Source of the DNA: the human T2T-CHM13v2.0 reference genome, Homo sapiens
Reading direction: 5' to 3' (one strand)
Length of the DNA: 64,000 nucleotides
Assembly (NCBI RefSeq): GCF_009914755.1
Contig: NC_060933.1
The position numbers and the translations under genes are program-made. The notes beneath the pieces were generated by a model. It made no database searches. It was not told the origin of the DNA and was given only the letters and a program-made list of their open reading frames with translations. This document shows, piece after piece, positions 14,943 through 30,097 of this stretch. The stretch's first letter is position 1; the number at the start of each line of letters is the position of its first letter.

Positions 14943-15505
14943 AATAGCTGGGACTACAGGTGTATACAACCATGCCCAGGTAATTTTTATTTATTTATTT
15001 ATTTATTTATTTTTTTAGAGACAGGGTCTACCTATGTTTCCCAGGCTGGTCTTGGACTCCTGGCATATTAGTCTGTTTTCACACTGCTGTAAATAACTAC
15101 CTGAGGGTGAGTAATTTATAAAGAGAAGAGTTTTAATTGACTCACAGTTCTGCATGGCTAGGGAGGCCTCAGGAAACTTACAATCATGGCAGAAGGTGAA
15201 GGGAAAGCAAGGTATATTTTACATAGTGGCAGAAGAGAGAGACAGAGAGAGAACAAGTGGGGGAGGTGACGCACTTTAAAACCATCATTTCTCATGAGAA
15301 CTCACTCACTCTCATGAGAACATCATGGGGGAAACTGCCCCCATGATCCAATCATCTCCCACCAGGCCCCTCCTCTGACACGTGAGGATTACAAGTCGAG
15401 ATGAGATTTGGTGGGGGACACAGAGCCAAACCATTATCACCTGGCTTCAAGTAATGCTCCTGCCTCAGCCTCCTGAGTTGTTGGCGTGAGTCACTGCTCC
15501 CAGCC
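14943..15505 (-). mobile_element. Partial AluJ-like element interrupted by a THE1 LTR
   Basis: Reverse Alu ...CAGGCTGGTCTTGGACTCCTGG | insert | CCTGGCTTCAAGTAATGCTCCTGCCTCAGCC; (TTTA)n linker. Confidence 0.85.
15064..15439 (-). mobile_element. THE1 (MaLR) solo LTR
   Basis: TATTAGTCTGTTTTCACACTGCT...GACACAGAGCCAAACCATTATCA; 5-bp TSD CCTGG at 15059-15063 and 15440-15444. Confidence 0.9.
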
Positions 15506-17377
15506 CAAGATTTATCGTTGTTAAAAGGTCATCATGCTGGTGAGGAGATCAGAACCCAGGCATTCTGATACACAGCTGGTAGGAAAATAAGTTAGTACCA
15601 CCATTTGAATATGGCCCTTTGGGGCAGAGAGTTTGTCTCTGTGTTCACCCCTGGATCTCCAGTGCCCAGAACCATGCCTGGCACTTGGGCATTCAATTAA
15701 AATTTGTTGAATGAATGTAAGACAATTTGACAATACATCATGAAGCTTAAGTTTTCATATCCCATTGTTTAGTAATTCCACTTCCTAAGGAAACTCTTAA
15801 AAATTAGAACAAAGATATTTGTATAAGGACATTCCTCACATTCATTTTTACACTCATAAAACTGGAATCAACCTAAGTGTCCACAGGATGGTGACTAGCT
15901 TAATTACGGCACATCCACACTGAGAAATCTGATATAATTGATAAAAATAACATATTCAAAGAATATTGGGCATATAGGATTATGCTATTGATAAATACTA
16001 AGTGAAAACAATTTAAAACTCTATATACAGTATAATCTTAATTTTGGGGGAAAAAAACCCAAATCACACTTGTTAATAGTGGGTTGCAGTGATTTTACTT
16101 ATTTCTTGTTCCCTTTATTTGCCAAAATGCCCACAATGAATATGTGTTGCTTTTGTAGTCAGAAAAAAAAAAGCTTTGAAAAGGAAAGCATAGTTTATAA
16201 CAAAATTGTGAGCAGCTAGGAAAAATGGGAATAACTTGTAATAGTATTTTTCCCACTAATACTTCATAATAGATCATTTTATGGTAGGTTAAAGAACATA
16301 CCTCCTTATTAAATTGGCCTGGCTTTGTCTGGACAACAATGAGGATTAGATTTCATGAGACACTTTGCGTTGTTTTCATGCTCTTAGTGTATATTTTTCC
16401 ATGACTTGGAAAATCTTAAAATACTGGCTCCACTTAAAAAAAAAAGTTTCACAACTCCTTTGACTGGAATTGATTTCTCCTGTGGCTCCAGGGTCTGTAA
16501 AAGGCATCAGGATGCCACAAGGCATTGACCTTTATTCTTCGCCTCGGTCAGAGAATTTCCCTATGACTGGCTCAAGGTTTCCAAGAGGAAGGCAATTAAA
16601 TGACCTAGCACAATTGCATGGATCCTCGGCCCTGGGCTTATCTTGATTAGGAGGAAGTGGCTATCTAGTTGTTCCAAATTTAGAGCAGAAAAGAGCCGGA
16701 TGTCTAAGACTATCACACAGAGAAAGCCTTAACCCATTGGGGCTTTTGCCCTACTCACCACTTCCCTGATATCTGGCTGTGTCCATCTTGACGCAGAGCA
16801 CAGGGAGCTTTGGGTTACAATTTTCCCCTTCCCAGCAAGTCTGTCCTAGCTTCAAAGTCCACTGAGAGGCTCCTTTCTGTGCTAAGATTGAGAAGATGCT
16901 GGGCACATACCTCCTGAGAGATTTCGTGGCTTATGCTAAAGGTTCTGTCATCTCTAAGACTGAGTTCAGAATCCTGAGGCTGGTGGTCAAGACCCTTCAC
17001 CATCTGGCCCCCTGCTGCCCCTCTCCCATTGTTCATCTCTACTACAGTGACAGAGAAGTGTTTATGAGAGTGAACTCCAGGGACTAGAAACAGATGTTGT
17101 CCCTGCCACCAGGAAGCTTACGGAATAGTAGGAAGGTAGAAATTCAGCACACGGAGGGGAGTACATTCGCAGCCCGGCAGAGATCTGGCCTTAAAGACCA
17201 GATTGGCTTCTTCCTAGTTGTATGATTTTGGACAAATTATTTTATACCTCTCTGTCTTTGCCATCTCATCTGTTAGAGGGGGATATTAATATTACTAATA
17301 ATACCAAATTCATAAGATGTTTGTGAGCTTTACATTATTTGATATGTGTGAAGCACTCAGTACAATGTCCGCTATAT

Positions 17378-17727
17378 ACCTTTGTCCCTCAGTATCCATG
17401 GGGCATTGGTTCCAGGGCCCCTCCAAGGATACCAAAATTTAAGGATGCTTAAGTCCCTGGTATAAAATGGTGTAATATTTGCATAGAACATGTGCACAAC
17501 CCCCAGATACTTTAAATCATCTCTAGATTGCTTATAATAGCAAACACAATGTAAATGCTATGTAAATAGTTGTTATACTGTATTGTTTAGGAAATAATGA
17601 CAAGGAAAAGAGTCTGTACATGTTCAGTACAGAAGACACCATCCATTTTTCCCCCTGAATAATATTTTCAATCCACAGTTGGTTGAATTCACAGATGCAG
17701 AACCTGCAATATGGAGGGCCGGCTGTA
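17378..17727. mobile_element. Tigger3a/MER2-group MITE inserted in a MIR (~17180-17755)
   Basis: CCCTCAGTATCCATGGGGCATTGGTTCCAGG...TTTAAATCATCTCTAGATT...ATGGAGGGCCGGCTG; TA flanks. Confidence 0.85.
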
Positions 17728-18059
17728 CTCAATGCTTAGTACATGTTAACTCTTAGAGAAAATTCATTCACTTAGAGAAAATTTGCTGAGCTCTGACTAG
17801 GTGCTGGGCACTGTGCCAGATGCTGTAAATTCCAAAGGGGATAATGCACAGTCCCTGGCGTCATTCCAAAAAAACCCCGTATTTTACTGATGGAGATGCA
17901 AATGGGAACGGACCAAGGTAGCATAGCTCCAGGCACCTTGTTCCAGAAACTCTGGTCTCCTCTCTTTTCCAAATGTGCCATGCACTTCCATGTTCTGTGC
18001 TGTTGTTCCTTTTCTCTAAAAAGCTTTCCCTTTTCCTCAGCCACTGAAAACATTCAAGA

Positions 18060-18340
18060 TCTGGCTTATGGTGTGTCATCAACACCGTGAAGCCTTCCCT
18101 GACCCCCAAACCAGAATCATGGACTCTCCTGTGTCTCCATCGTGCTTTGTATAAACTCTCTGCCTCTCATCTTCCCCTCAGCCAGGGCTGGTCATTAGAG
18201 GAACATCTCCCAATAGGCTGGAAGCTCTTTGAAGGCAAGTTTTATGCTTCACTTATTTCCATGTCCCAGTGTCCAGCACAGGGCCAGGCACATTGTAGAT
18301 GTTTAGGAAGTGTTTGTTGATTGAATGAATGAATGAAAGC
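18060..18340 (+). mobile_element. L2 3' end
   Basis: CAGTGTCCAGCACAGGGCCAGGCACATTGTAG...TTGAATGAATGAATGAA. Confidence 0.7.
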
Positions 18341-19429
18341 ACATCTCACATCATAGAATAAATTGCTGCACTGATAGTGAGGAGAGATGCTTCCTTTCCA
18401 GCATAATATTCTATGAGACCACAGAATTTGCTCTGCAAATAGTTGGGTTCCTTCTACTTATTCCATCTGCTGCTGTGAACAAGGCTAAGTTTACTTAATC
18501 ATAGGTAAGTTGGAGAAAGTGCCGGCCCAAGGGGTCTGGCCTGAGCATGGCTTTCCAATTGTAATATTGTCAGGAGCATCCTGAAAGGGTTAAGACCCTT
18601 GCCTTGGTGCTGGTCTTGTGCCAGTCCATTTGGTGTTCACAGTGTAGAGATTATTTAACTGGAAATGGAAGCCAGTATTAAGGCCAATATTGCAACAGAA
18701 ATAATTGAATGTAAAAACCACATGTGCTTTGGGGACTGGGACACAGAAATTTAATTTTAGTTTCCTCACTTATTTGTCGGGTGATGTAGGGAGGCTCTTT
18801 CCTCTCTCTGAACCTCATCCATTAAATGGGGATCATAGGAGGCTGGAGTTGGGGAGGTTGGACTGATCAATCTGTAAGTTCCTTCCGGCTGTGATATGCC
18901 CTGTCTGTCACTTCTATGATATCAGATAAATGAAAGGCCAACTGAAACAAATTGCTGGAAAGTGATGTGGAGGGAGTTCTGGGAGAGGATCCCAGTCCTC
19001 ATGAGGTCAAGCTCATAGTTTAGGAACCAAAAGCTCAGAAATGCTCTGAAACCACAGACGATCAAATCCACCCACTGGAGATTCAGCACATATTTGCTCA
19101 AAATTGCAAACTAAAAGCAGACATTTTTGAGTTGTTTGGAGGATGCATGGCTAGACCTAACCTGGGCGGTGAGTGTACAGGGCAGTTCATGCAAATGGGA
19201 GAGACCCTGTCTGCTGTCTGGGACCTGCATCCTATTGGCGGGAAGGGCGTTCCTGGCCTGCCCACCCTGGCCATCAGGACATAAAGATTCCTTGCTTGGG
19301 TCTTGCTCAGGTACTGTGCTTTAAGAACCTGAATGTTCTTTTGACTCACTATTTTATAGAGACAGCAGCAGGGTCAGTTGAGAAGAATTGAAACCCACTC
19401 TCAGAAGTGACTTGCAGCGCATACTTTTT

Positions 19430-20075
<646 letters not shown>

Positions 20076-20549
20076 TATATTTTTCTGAACAATTAAAAAT
20101 TACAGGCTCCTGCAGCACAGTGCAGGTGCCACCTGGCCCAACCAGCTTCTTGGACCACGGCCAACCTGAGTGCACCTTCATCACCATCAAGCCAGACAGT
20201 GTGCAGCATGGCCTGGCTGGCAAGATCGTGAAGTGCTTTGAGCAGAAGAGATTCCACCTCGTGGCCAGGAAGTTCCTCTGGGCCTCTGAGAACATCTGAA
20301 GCCGCACTACTTTCACTGGAAAGACTGCCCATTCTTCCCGAGGCTGGCAAAATACAGGAACTCAGGGCCTGTCTTAGCCATGGTCTGGGAGGGGCTGAAT
20401 GCGGTGAAGACAGGCCGAGTGATGCTGGGGGAGACCAATCCAGTGGATTCTAAGCCACACACCATTTGCAGGGACTTCTCTATTCAGGTGGGCTGATGCA
20501 TCATTCATGGCAATGGCTCAGTAGTAAGTGCTGAAAAAGAAATCAGCCG

Positions 20550-21567
<1,018 letters not shown>

Positions 21568-23374
21568 GAAATCAGCCTATGGTTTAAGCCCAAAGAACCA
21601 GTTGACTACAGATCTTGTGCTTATGACTGGGTCTATGCATGATAGGTGGACACAGTAGCAGTCTCTTTCAAGAACTGCTTGGAGTGTCCTTGGACATAGC
21701 TCTTCATTCCACTGACTTAGAAGCAGAAGCAACAGAATTGATCATTCTTTTCTAGAGCATATTTACCCATAAAGCCATGGAAACTAGAAAAAAATGTGTA
21801 TATGCCTATCAACCTTCCAATAGCATACATGTGAGCTTGGTGTGATCTACCAACCTCTACTTAGTAGAACGAATAAAGGGCTGGGCTAGTCTAGCTAGGT
21901 CTGTTCCAGGTCCTCTCTTCTTCATTAGTCCAGTTCAATTTTGGCCTTTTAAGAAAGATGCAGACCTTTAAAATTAAGAATAAAATCTTTGATAGTTTCA
22001 TTTTTTTGTTCCATCTTTGCTGGCAGGTTTAAAAGTCTTTTCCCTGCCCAATGTTATTTAAATACATGTACATATTTTCCTGCGTGTGTACTTAAAACAT
22101 ACTTTCATGGTTTCCTTTTTATGTTTACAGCTTTAATTCTTCTGGAATGTGTGAGTGGTGTGAGGTAGGTATCTACTTTTATTTTTTCTCATGTGGTTAG
22201 CAAGCTGCACTGCCACACATTTTTTCCTCATTGACTTGGAAACAACAGCATTACCATATCCTACTTTTGACATATAGTTGAGATTACTGATGTACTTTCT
22301 TTCCTGCATTGGTCTGTCTTTCCTTCAGCTGCTAACATACTGTTAAATTTCTTGCCCCTTTATGATATAATTTAATATTTGTTAGGATAAGTTCATATTA
22401 TCACTCATATTAAAAATCCCTAGTCATTGCCGTGTGTTTATTATTCTAGCTTAGCTTTGTTAATGTAATATGCTTCTTTTGTGTAATGTGCATTGCTGCA
22501 TTATTTAAGAATTTTAAATTCTGTCTTAGCAAACAATTAGAAGCCAGTAGCTGTGTAACATGTGATAGATAAAGTTGGCCGAGCCTACATGGGCTGAACA
22601 GAGACAAGACGGGATGGGAGGACCAAGGAAACACTACATATTCATGAGGCCTGAGACACCAAATGTTTATGACAGCTACACCATCCTTAGACCAGCTCTA
22701 ACTGCCACCTTGGATCTCGAGGACAAGAGCCACCTCTGAGATGACTGAAAAGAGAATCACAAAGGCCTGGGTCTTTGGTGTCCTTGAGCTACAAAAGCTC
22801 CCTCTAACTTAGGCGAGAGTGGAAGACACTTCTATTTTGTTTAAGCCATGATTACATGAAGCTGAACATAATCCCAACTAAATCACCCCTAATTTCATTT
22901 TTATATTTGGTTGTCTGAATTAGAATTTGCAGGACGGTGTTAATAACACTGATAACAATGGACATTCTTTTGGTTACTGATGCAAACAGGACTGCTGCTG
23001 GTATTTCGCCAATAAGCTTCTTGCTGGATTTGGTTTTACATAGAGTACATTTGTCACTTTAAGAAAATGCATCATCAATGATGGTGATAATGAAATGTTA
23101 AATTTTCTCAGATTTTTTTTGTCATCTATCAAAATAATTACATGGCATTTCTGCTTTGCTATATTGAGATAATGAATTATACTAAGGTTTTTCTAAAGTT
23201 GAAACATACATACAACCCCAATCTTTTTTTCTGTATCTCTTCTGTTCACTTCCTTACATAGATGCTCCGTTATAGCTCTTGGCTCTCTCCTCAACCTTCC
23301 TTTCATCATTTTTGTCTCCTTAATAATTTCTTCTGAGTTCTGGGGAAATTGCTCAAGTTTGTCTTCTGATTTCT

Positions 23375-23525
23375 TGCTCTCCAAAGTGTGATCCAGGGAC
23401 CAGCGGTATTACCTGAGAGTTTGTTAGAAATGAAAATTCTTGGACCTCCACCCCAGACCTACTGAATCTGCATTTTAACAAGATTCCCAGGTAATTCATG
23501 TGCACACTGAAATTTGAGAAATGTT
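23375..23525. mobile_element. MER5A-type MITE
   Basis: CCCCAGACCTACTGAATCTGCATTTTAACAAGATTCCCAGGTAATTC. Confidence 0.8.
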
Positions 23526-23536
23526 CTAAAATTCCT

Positions 23537-23945
<409 letters not shown>

Positions 23946-26479
23946 TTAGTACAAATTTAGGAGAAGAAGGCATTGGGTCACCACTGAGGATCAGAACTCT
24001 TAGTGGCAGGATATGAGGAAGGGCAGTTGGCTGCTGTATCTGATGACATGAGATGAAGCTGACAGTCCAAAGGTCATCAAAATCACGAGCAGGCCTCAGT
24101 CCAACAAGAAAGAATCCTTGTGTTACATTTATGAAGGGCAGTAGGCCTCCTCCAGAGGGTCTTGCCCACATTCATTTGACAAATTTACAGATGCCAGCTG
24201 GTATCTACACGAAAGCCTCTTGTCCTAAGCTGATAGAGAGGAATAAAGGGATTCCTGTAGAATGGTTTGGTTTCAAGAATACATTTTCCTCTTTTCTAGG
24301 TAAGTGGAAGAAACTCCTGAGGTTATTGATGAGACAGATGTCCTTCTGTGCCCCAGCACTGTGCCTGAGGGCTGCCTGGGGGTTGGGGGAGGGAACTCAC
24401 AGCCCTGAATTATGAGTATTTGCATATAGTAAGATACATTCTTTAAAAGAAGACATCATATTGCCTATACCCAATTCTCATCTGTCATGGCAGATTGGCT
24501 GGAAAAATCGTGGGAAGGCACAAAAAGCTATTGAAATGATTCTAAGGAGAAAAATAATCTTTCAGACAAACTGGCTCATTCCTTATTTATCGCCACAAAA
24601 CCCTTTATTCCCTGGAGAATGTTGAAACAATACTGGCGCATAACTCTCATTGTGGAATTGAAAAAACATCCTACCTTTCTTAATAGTTTCATGAAATTGT
24701 TGTCTCAACAGGAAATTCTGGTCATTGTCACACATTCTTCTTGTTTATTATTAGTAATAATAACCCTTGCATCAGTATTGTGCTCTAAACTTTACAAAGT
24801 TTCTCCACACAAAGTAGCTCATTGATCTCTCCTGACAATCTTGTGAGACAGAGCAGGGTGGGTGGGCACTGATGTGCCCATTTCATGGAACTGCGGCTCA
24901 GAGGAATTAAAGGACTTCCTCATGGGCATAATGGGCAGTAAATGGCAGCTGCAGGGCTCACACTTAGGTTTTCTAGCTGCAGGGGAGATTTCCAAAGCAC
25001 ATTTGGCCAAGCTTGGCCAAGCGTCTTTGATCCTTACTCTTCCCAGTACAATTATTTGGACTTTTTGCAGTTTGTGCATATACAAAACAATAAGGAGGAT
25101 CACAATCCACATGGAAAGTTCATTCTCCAAAGTTTTGAGCTAAAATGTAATGCTTTAGTGAGGTGGCATTCTTCAGATTAGACTTAGATTGTTAGACATC
25201 TCCTGTTCCCTAGAAACTGTCTATGTAAATCCCCTTGTACTTATTACACACCATTGTTGAACTTATGCCAGGAATTCACTGCAGCCTCAATAAGGTGTGA
25301 TTTATTACAAATCCGGAACAAATAACTGTTTATAAGTTCTTTTTTGTTCTCTAAATTTGATTCATCTCACCCGATGAGTAGGGTGAAGGCGTCTTATTTC
25401 TGTTGTTCTGTAAACTATCTTCTACTCCTCATTTTTTCCGCACTGAACATTTCAAATTCCCCCAAATGTTCCACTTATTTTCCCCACTCAAAGCCCTTGC
25501 ATATATTCTCATTCCTAGAATACCCCTTATCTTCTTTACCTTCACCACTTTCCTCACTCTTCCTGCCCTTAAAAGGACCTAGTTAAAGAGCTATTCCTCT
25601 GTGAGGCCTTTCGGATCCAAAGTTAGGCATACTTGCGTTCCTAAAAGCACTTTGAATGCATCTCTGTCATACCATGGACCTATCACAGTGTGAAATCTAT
25701 TTCATTTAGCTCCATGTAAACTGGGAATTCCAACTGGATTGGGAGCTACTTTGGGGAAGGAAGGACATCTTATTCCTCTTTATTTCCCTTGAACTTGGAA
25801 CCTGACAACTGATATGAATTCATTAAGGGATGATTTAATTTCCTTCAGGTTTTATTGCATCAGGAACTCCTTTTGACCAGGTATCACTTTAGTTTTTTCA
25901 GTTTAGGTGATAGGAAAGTCTTAAAGGGGACTATTCAAATACGGTAGGAGTGAGTTATTATAGCCAATTATTTTAAAGAACAGGAGGTAAAGTAAAGTTG
26001 TCTCCAGATTTATCTTAGATTCTATTCCTTTATGTCACCAGGTGAGAGTTACTTTAGTGTAGAGCTGCTTTTTTCAACATGCATTATGATTTTATCCAGG
26101 ACCAGCCTATCTAGAGGAATTCTGAATTGTCTTTGGTACCAGGGCATTTTCCCCCCAGTTCCTTTACAGTTCAGGAATTGATATTCAATAGTTCTCAACC
26201 TTGACAATACATTGGGATCACTTAGGGAGTTTAAAAAATACTGGGGTGAAATTTTCATGGGTCCTCTGAAGTCTTTCACTGAGTTTGAAACTGTACATGC
26301 ACAGAGTGACACTCTGAGAGACCCGGCAAGTAATAGCTACTGGAGGACGGTGAGCTCAACAGAGATTTTGGTAGTGTCAGTGCTGACAGATGTTAGAATT
26401 CTGACTAACCGTATTAGAGTCACCTTACTGAATACCCTAGACATTCAGTTGAGACTGCAGAAAGGCTGTCTTATTATCT

Positions 26480-28170
26480 TTAGAAAAAAGTGAACTGCCT
26501 TCCAGAAAGAAAGTTACAACACTCTTCAGAGGAAGTGAACACAGTCCAGACTCTCAATGTGGTAGCCACAATGTGCAGCAAAGAAATTAAAATTACTAGA
26601 AATATAAAGATGTAGGGAAAGTCATGCCAACTAGTTGAAAGAACAGTCAGTAAAAACAGATCCAGGGATGATACAGATAATGAAATTAGTAGACAAAGAA
26701 TTTAAAATAGCTATTATCAATATGTTTGTGGATTTCACAGTTTGTGAAAAATCCACAATATGTTTGTGGATTTTTATCATTTCCATTTTTCTGATGAGAT
26801 TCCCCCATCTGATAAAAAAAAAAAAAGAGAACCAAATAGAAATTCTAGAACTAAAATTTTACTATCTGAAATTTTAACAAATTCACTAGATTGGATAAGA
26901 GCAGATTGGACACTGCAGAAGAAGTGCAAAGTAGTTGAAAAGGCAAATATGTGGGCACATTAACAGATTTGTTTTCTTAGTATCTCAGCTAGGTGATCAA
27001 GGTCATCATCAATAGTCATGAATTACGTTGATGGTACGTACCCTTGGTATGATGTGATGAGAATAGCATGTTACCTCTATGGTCTTCCTCCCCGTAACTC
27101 ATAACCCCAGTATCATCATGAGAAAAACATTAGAAAAATCCAACTGAGGTACATTCTACAAAATACCTGATAAATACTCCTCAAAACCGTTAAGGTCATC
27201 AAAAACAAGGAAAGTTTGAGAAACTGTCATAGCCAAGAGAAGTCTAAGGAGACACAATTACTAGATATTATGTTGCATCATAGGTGAAATGTTGAACACG
27301 AAAAGGACATCAGGTAAAAAGTAAAGAAACCTGAATAAAGAATGCGCTTTGGTTAAGAATGTACCAATAATAGTTCATTAATTGTAACAAATATACCATA
27401 CTAATGTAAGATGTTAATAACAATTGAATCTAGGTGCAGGATATGTGAGAACTCTTGCTACTACCTTTGTCATTTTTTTGTAAATCTAAAAGTGTTCTAA
27501 AATAGTTTATTTAAAATAATAAAATGACAATAACAAGTGCTGTCAAGGACATGGAGCAACTGAAACTCACATTCTTTGCTGGTAGGAATGTAAAACGGTA
27601 TAGTTTTGGAAGTTTCTTATGAAGTTAAACATGCACTTATCACATAACCCAGTAATCTCACTCCTGGGCATTGAGCCAAGAGAAATAAAAACATATTTCC
27701 TTATGAAGACTTGTATGTGAATGTTTACAGAGGTTTTATTCAGAGTCACCACACACTGGAAGAAACAAAAATGTCCACCAACTTCTAACTGAATAAATAA
27801 ATTGTGTACATCCTTACAATGGAATACAACTAAGCAATAAAAAAGGAATGATCTCTATCATAAAAACCATGAATGACTCTGAAAAGCATTATGCTAAGTA
27901 AAGGAAGTCAGACATAAGAGCTCATACTGTATCATTCTATTTACATGCAATTCTAGAACAAGCAAATCTAATCTAAGGTTAAAAAAATCAGAACAATGGT
28001 TGCATCGTTAGCTCTGAAGACTGAGGGTGAGGATGATTATGAAGCGGCAAGAGGAACTTTCTGAAGTGATGGAAATGTTCTACATCTTGATAGGCTGTGG
28101 GTTACATGGGTGAATGCATTTGTGAAAACATATCAAGATGTGTTCAAAGGTATGCAAAGTGTACCTCAAT
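26480..28170 (+). mobile_element. Old L1M (L1MC/ME-like) fragments
   Basis: L1-like text incl. AATAACAAGTGCTGTCAAGGACATGGAGCAACTGAAACTCACA and an L1MC-type 3'UTR (AAGGTCATCAAAAACAAGGAAAG). Confidence 0.75.
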
Positions 28171-29800
28171 TTTCAAAGAGAAGGTTAAAATGTGGATGCC
28201 CGAGATTCTAATTTTAATTATTCCATATGTAGCCTTTGAGATTTTTAAAAGCTCCCATAACCAACGTTAAAAATCACTGTTATAAGTATTTGCCTAGTGA
28301 TAGGATCACCCGTCATTTCTGTTTGTCATGTGAATGCTTCTCTCTGGCTTTGTTGTGTGGAACCTGGAAGTTGGATGCATGGGTTTACATACCTGCTTGG
28401 TCGTTGGGTCCCCTGAAGATGGTTAATTGGCAAGCAACAAGTGCCAAAGGCTCGAGAAGAAGACAGGAGCAGGATGGAGCCCCCAAAAGCCCCTCCAGCT
28501 CTTCTCTTTCTACTTCTCTGAGAATGATCCTGCTTATTCAGGGAGTGGATTGTTATGGTGATGGAAAAAGTAAATAGTAAGGGGATCAGAGGAAGTATTA
28601 TTATGAAGCAGGGGGAATTCTTACTCCTACATAATTTTAGATAATTGTCTATTCCTCTTCAGTCAGCTGGTATCACACGGACAACAAAGTCCCACTGGAT
28701 TCTGCAAGCCGACCTGGTCTTAGTTCTGATTTTTGTCCTTTTCGTGACTATGGAGAGGCTGTAAAAAGAAGGAGAGCAGTACACATCCACGTGCTGAGCA
28801 TATGCCATCCATTCTGCTGGGAACTTTGTTTCTTCTTTCTTCCTCTAGGTTAACACTAAAGCAACACCATTTTCTTGTTAGCAATTTTTCCTCTTTTGAA
28901 AATGACTGGCACCCCATTAACATTTTTAGGACAAAAAAAGCTTTTCTTCAAACTTTATCCAACATTAATAAGCTGCATAATAAAAACTGAAATAATAAAT
29001 CATAACAGTTATTCCATGGATACTCTGTGTCTGATTTTCAGAACACATGGCCAAGGTTCCAGAGAGGTCTCATTAAAAACTAAAACTTTGACTAATGATA
29101 ACTAAAACAATTTCATTGAGGGTGCACTAATAAATAAATGTATAAACTGAGACCCTCCCAATTGAAAGGAATTTTGCAGAACATCCAACTCCGTAGGTAT
29201 CTGTGTAGCTGCTGAGTGGTACTCAGTTTCTCGCACACCTCTGAGAACAGAGAAGCTCGTAAGACAGCCCAATGTGTCTCTGAGCAGTTCTGACTGAAAG
29301 CTTTTCCTGGCATGGAGCCACAACCCACATTTCTGTAACACACAGAGAATGTAAAATCCCTTTTCCTGTTTGCTGTCCACAAGCTTTCTCTGCAATAAGT
29401 TAAACATCTCTAATTGCTTAAAGCTTGCCTCCTGTGATTTGGATTTTTTTTGCACCCATCAGCTTGCTTTCTCTCTCCCACATGAGTCTTAGTTCATTTC
29501 CATGCAAATCTAACACGATTCATCTGAACCCCTATTATCTGAGCACCTTCTCAGGGTCAGGCACTAGGCTAAGTGCTGTGGAGAAGACAGGGACAAATCA
29601 GGCTTGGCCTTGTAGGAGAGGGAAGACTTGTCCACAAAGGCCCCCAGTACCAGGCAGGCTGTTATATGTGGCAGGAGAGAGAGAGACAGTGTTCTCTTTC
29701 CACCTCAATTCCCAGGCTTGAGTCTTGCATTGCAGCACATCAGCTAAAGTATACAGCTATGCAATTTCAGGGCTTGGTTAGAGGGGGCTTCCCATCAATT

Positions 29801-30097
29801 TTCTTATTTTTTTTTTGAGACAGAGTCTTGCTCTGTTGCTCAGGCTGGTGAGTAGTGACACGATCTAGGCTTACTACAACCTCCGCATCCCGGGTTCAAG
29901 TGATTCTCATGCCTCAGCCTCCCGAGTAGCTGTGATTACAGGCATGCGCCACCATGTCTGGCTAATTTTTGTATTTTTAGTAGAGACAGGGTTTCGCCAT
30001 ATTGACAGGCTGGTCTTGAACTCCTGGCCTCAAGTGGTCCCTCCGCCTTGGCCTCCCAAGGTGCTGGGATTACAGGCATGAGTCACCGTGCCTGGCC
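29801..30097 (-). mobile_element. AluS
   Basis: Full reverse Alu. Confidence 0.95.

Noticed and set aside
17142-17162. TTCAGCACACGGAG as a REST/RE1 site
   Set aside because: Spacing and right half do not match the RE1 consensus
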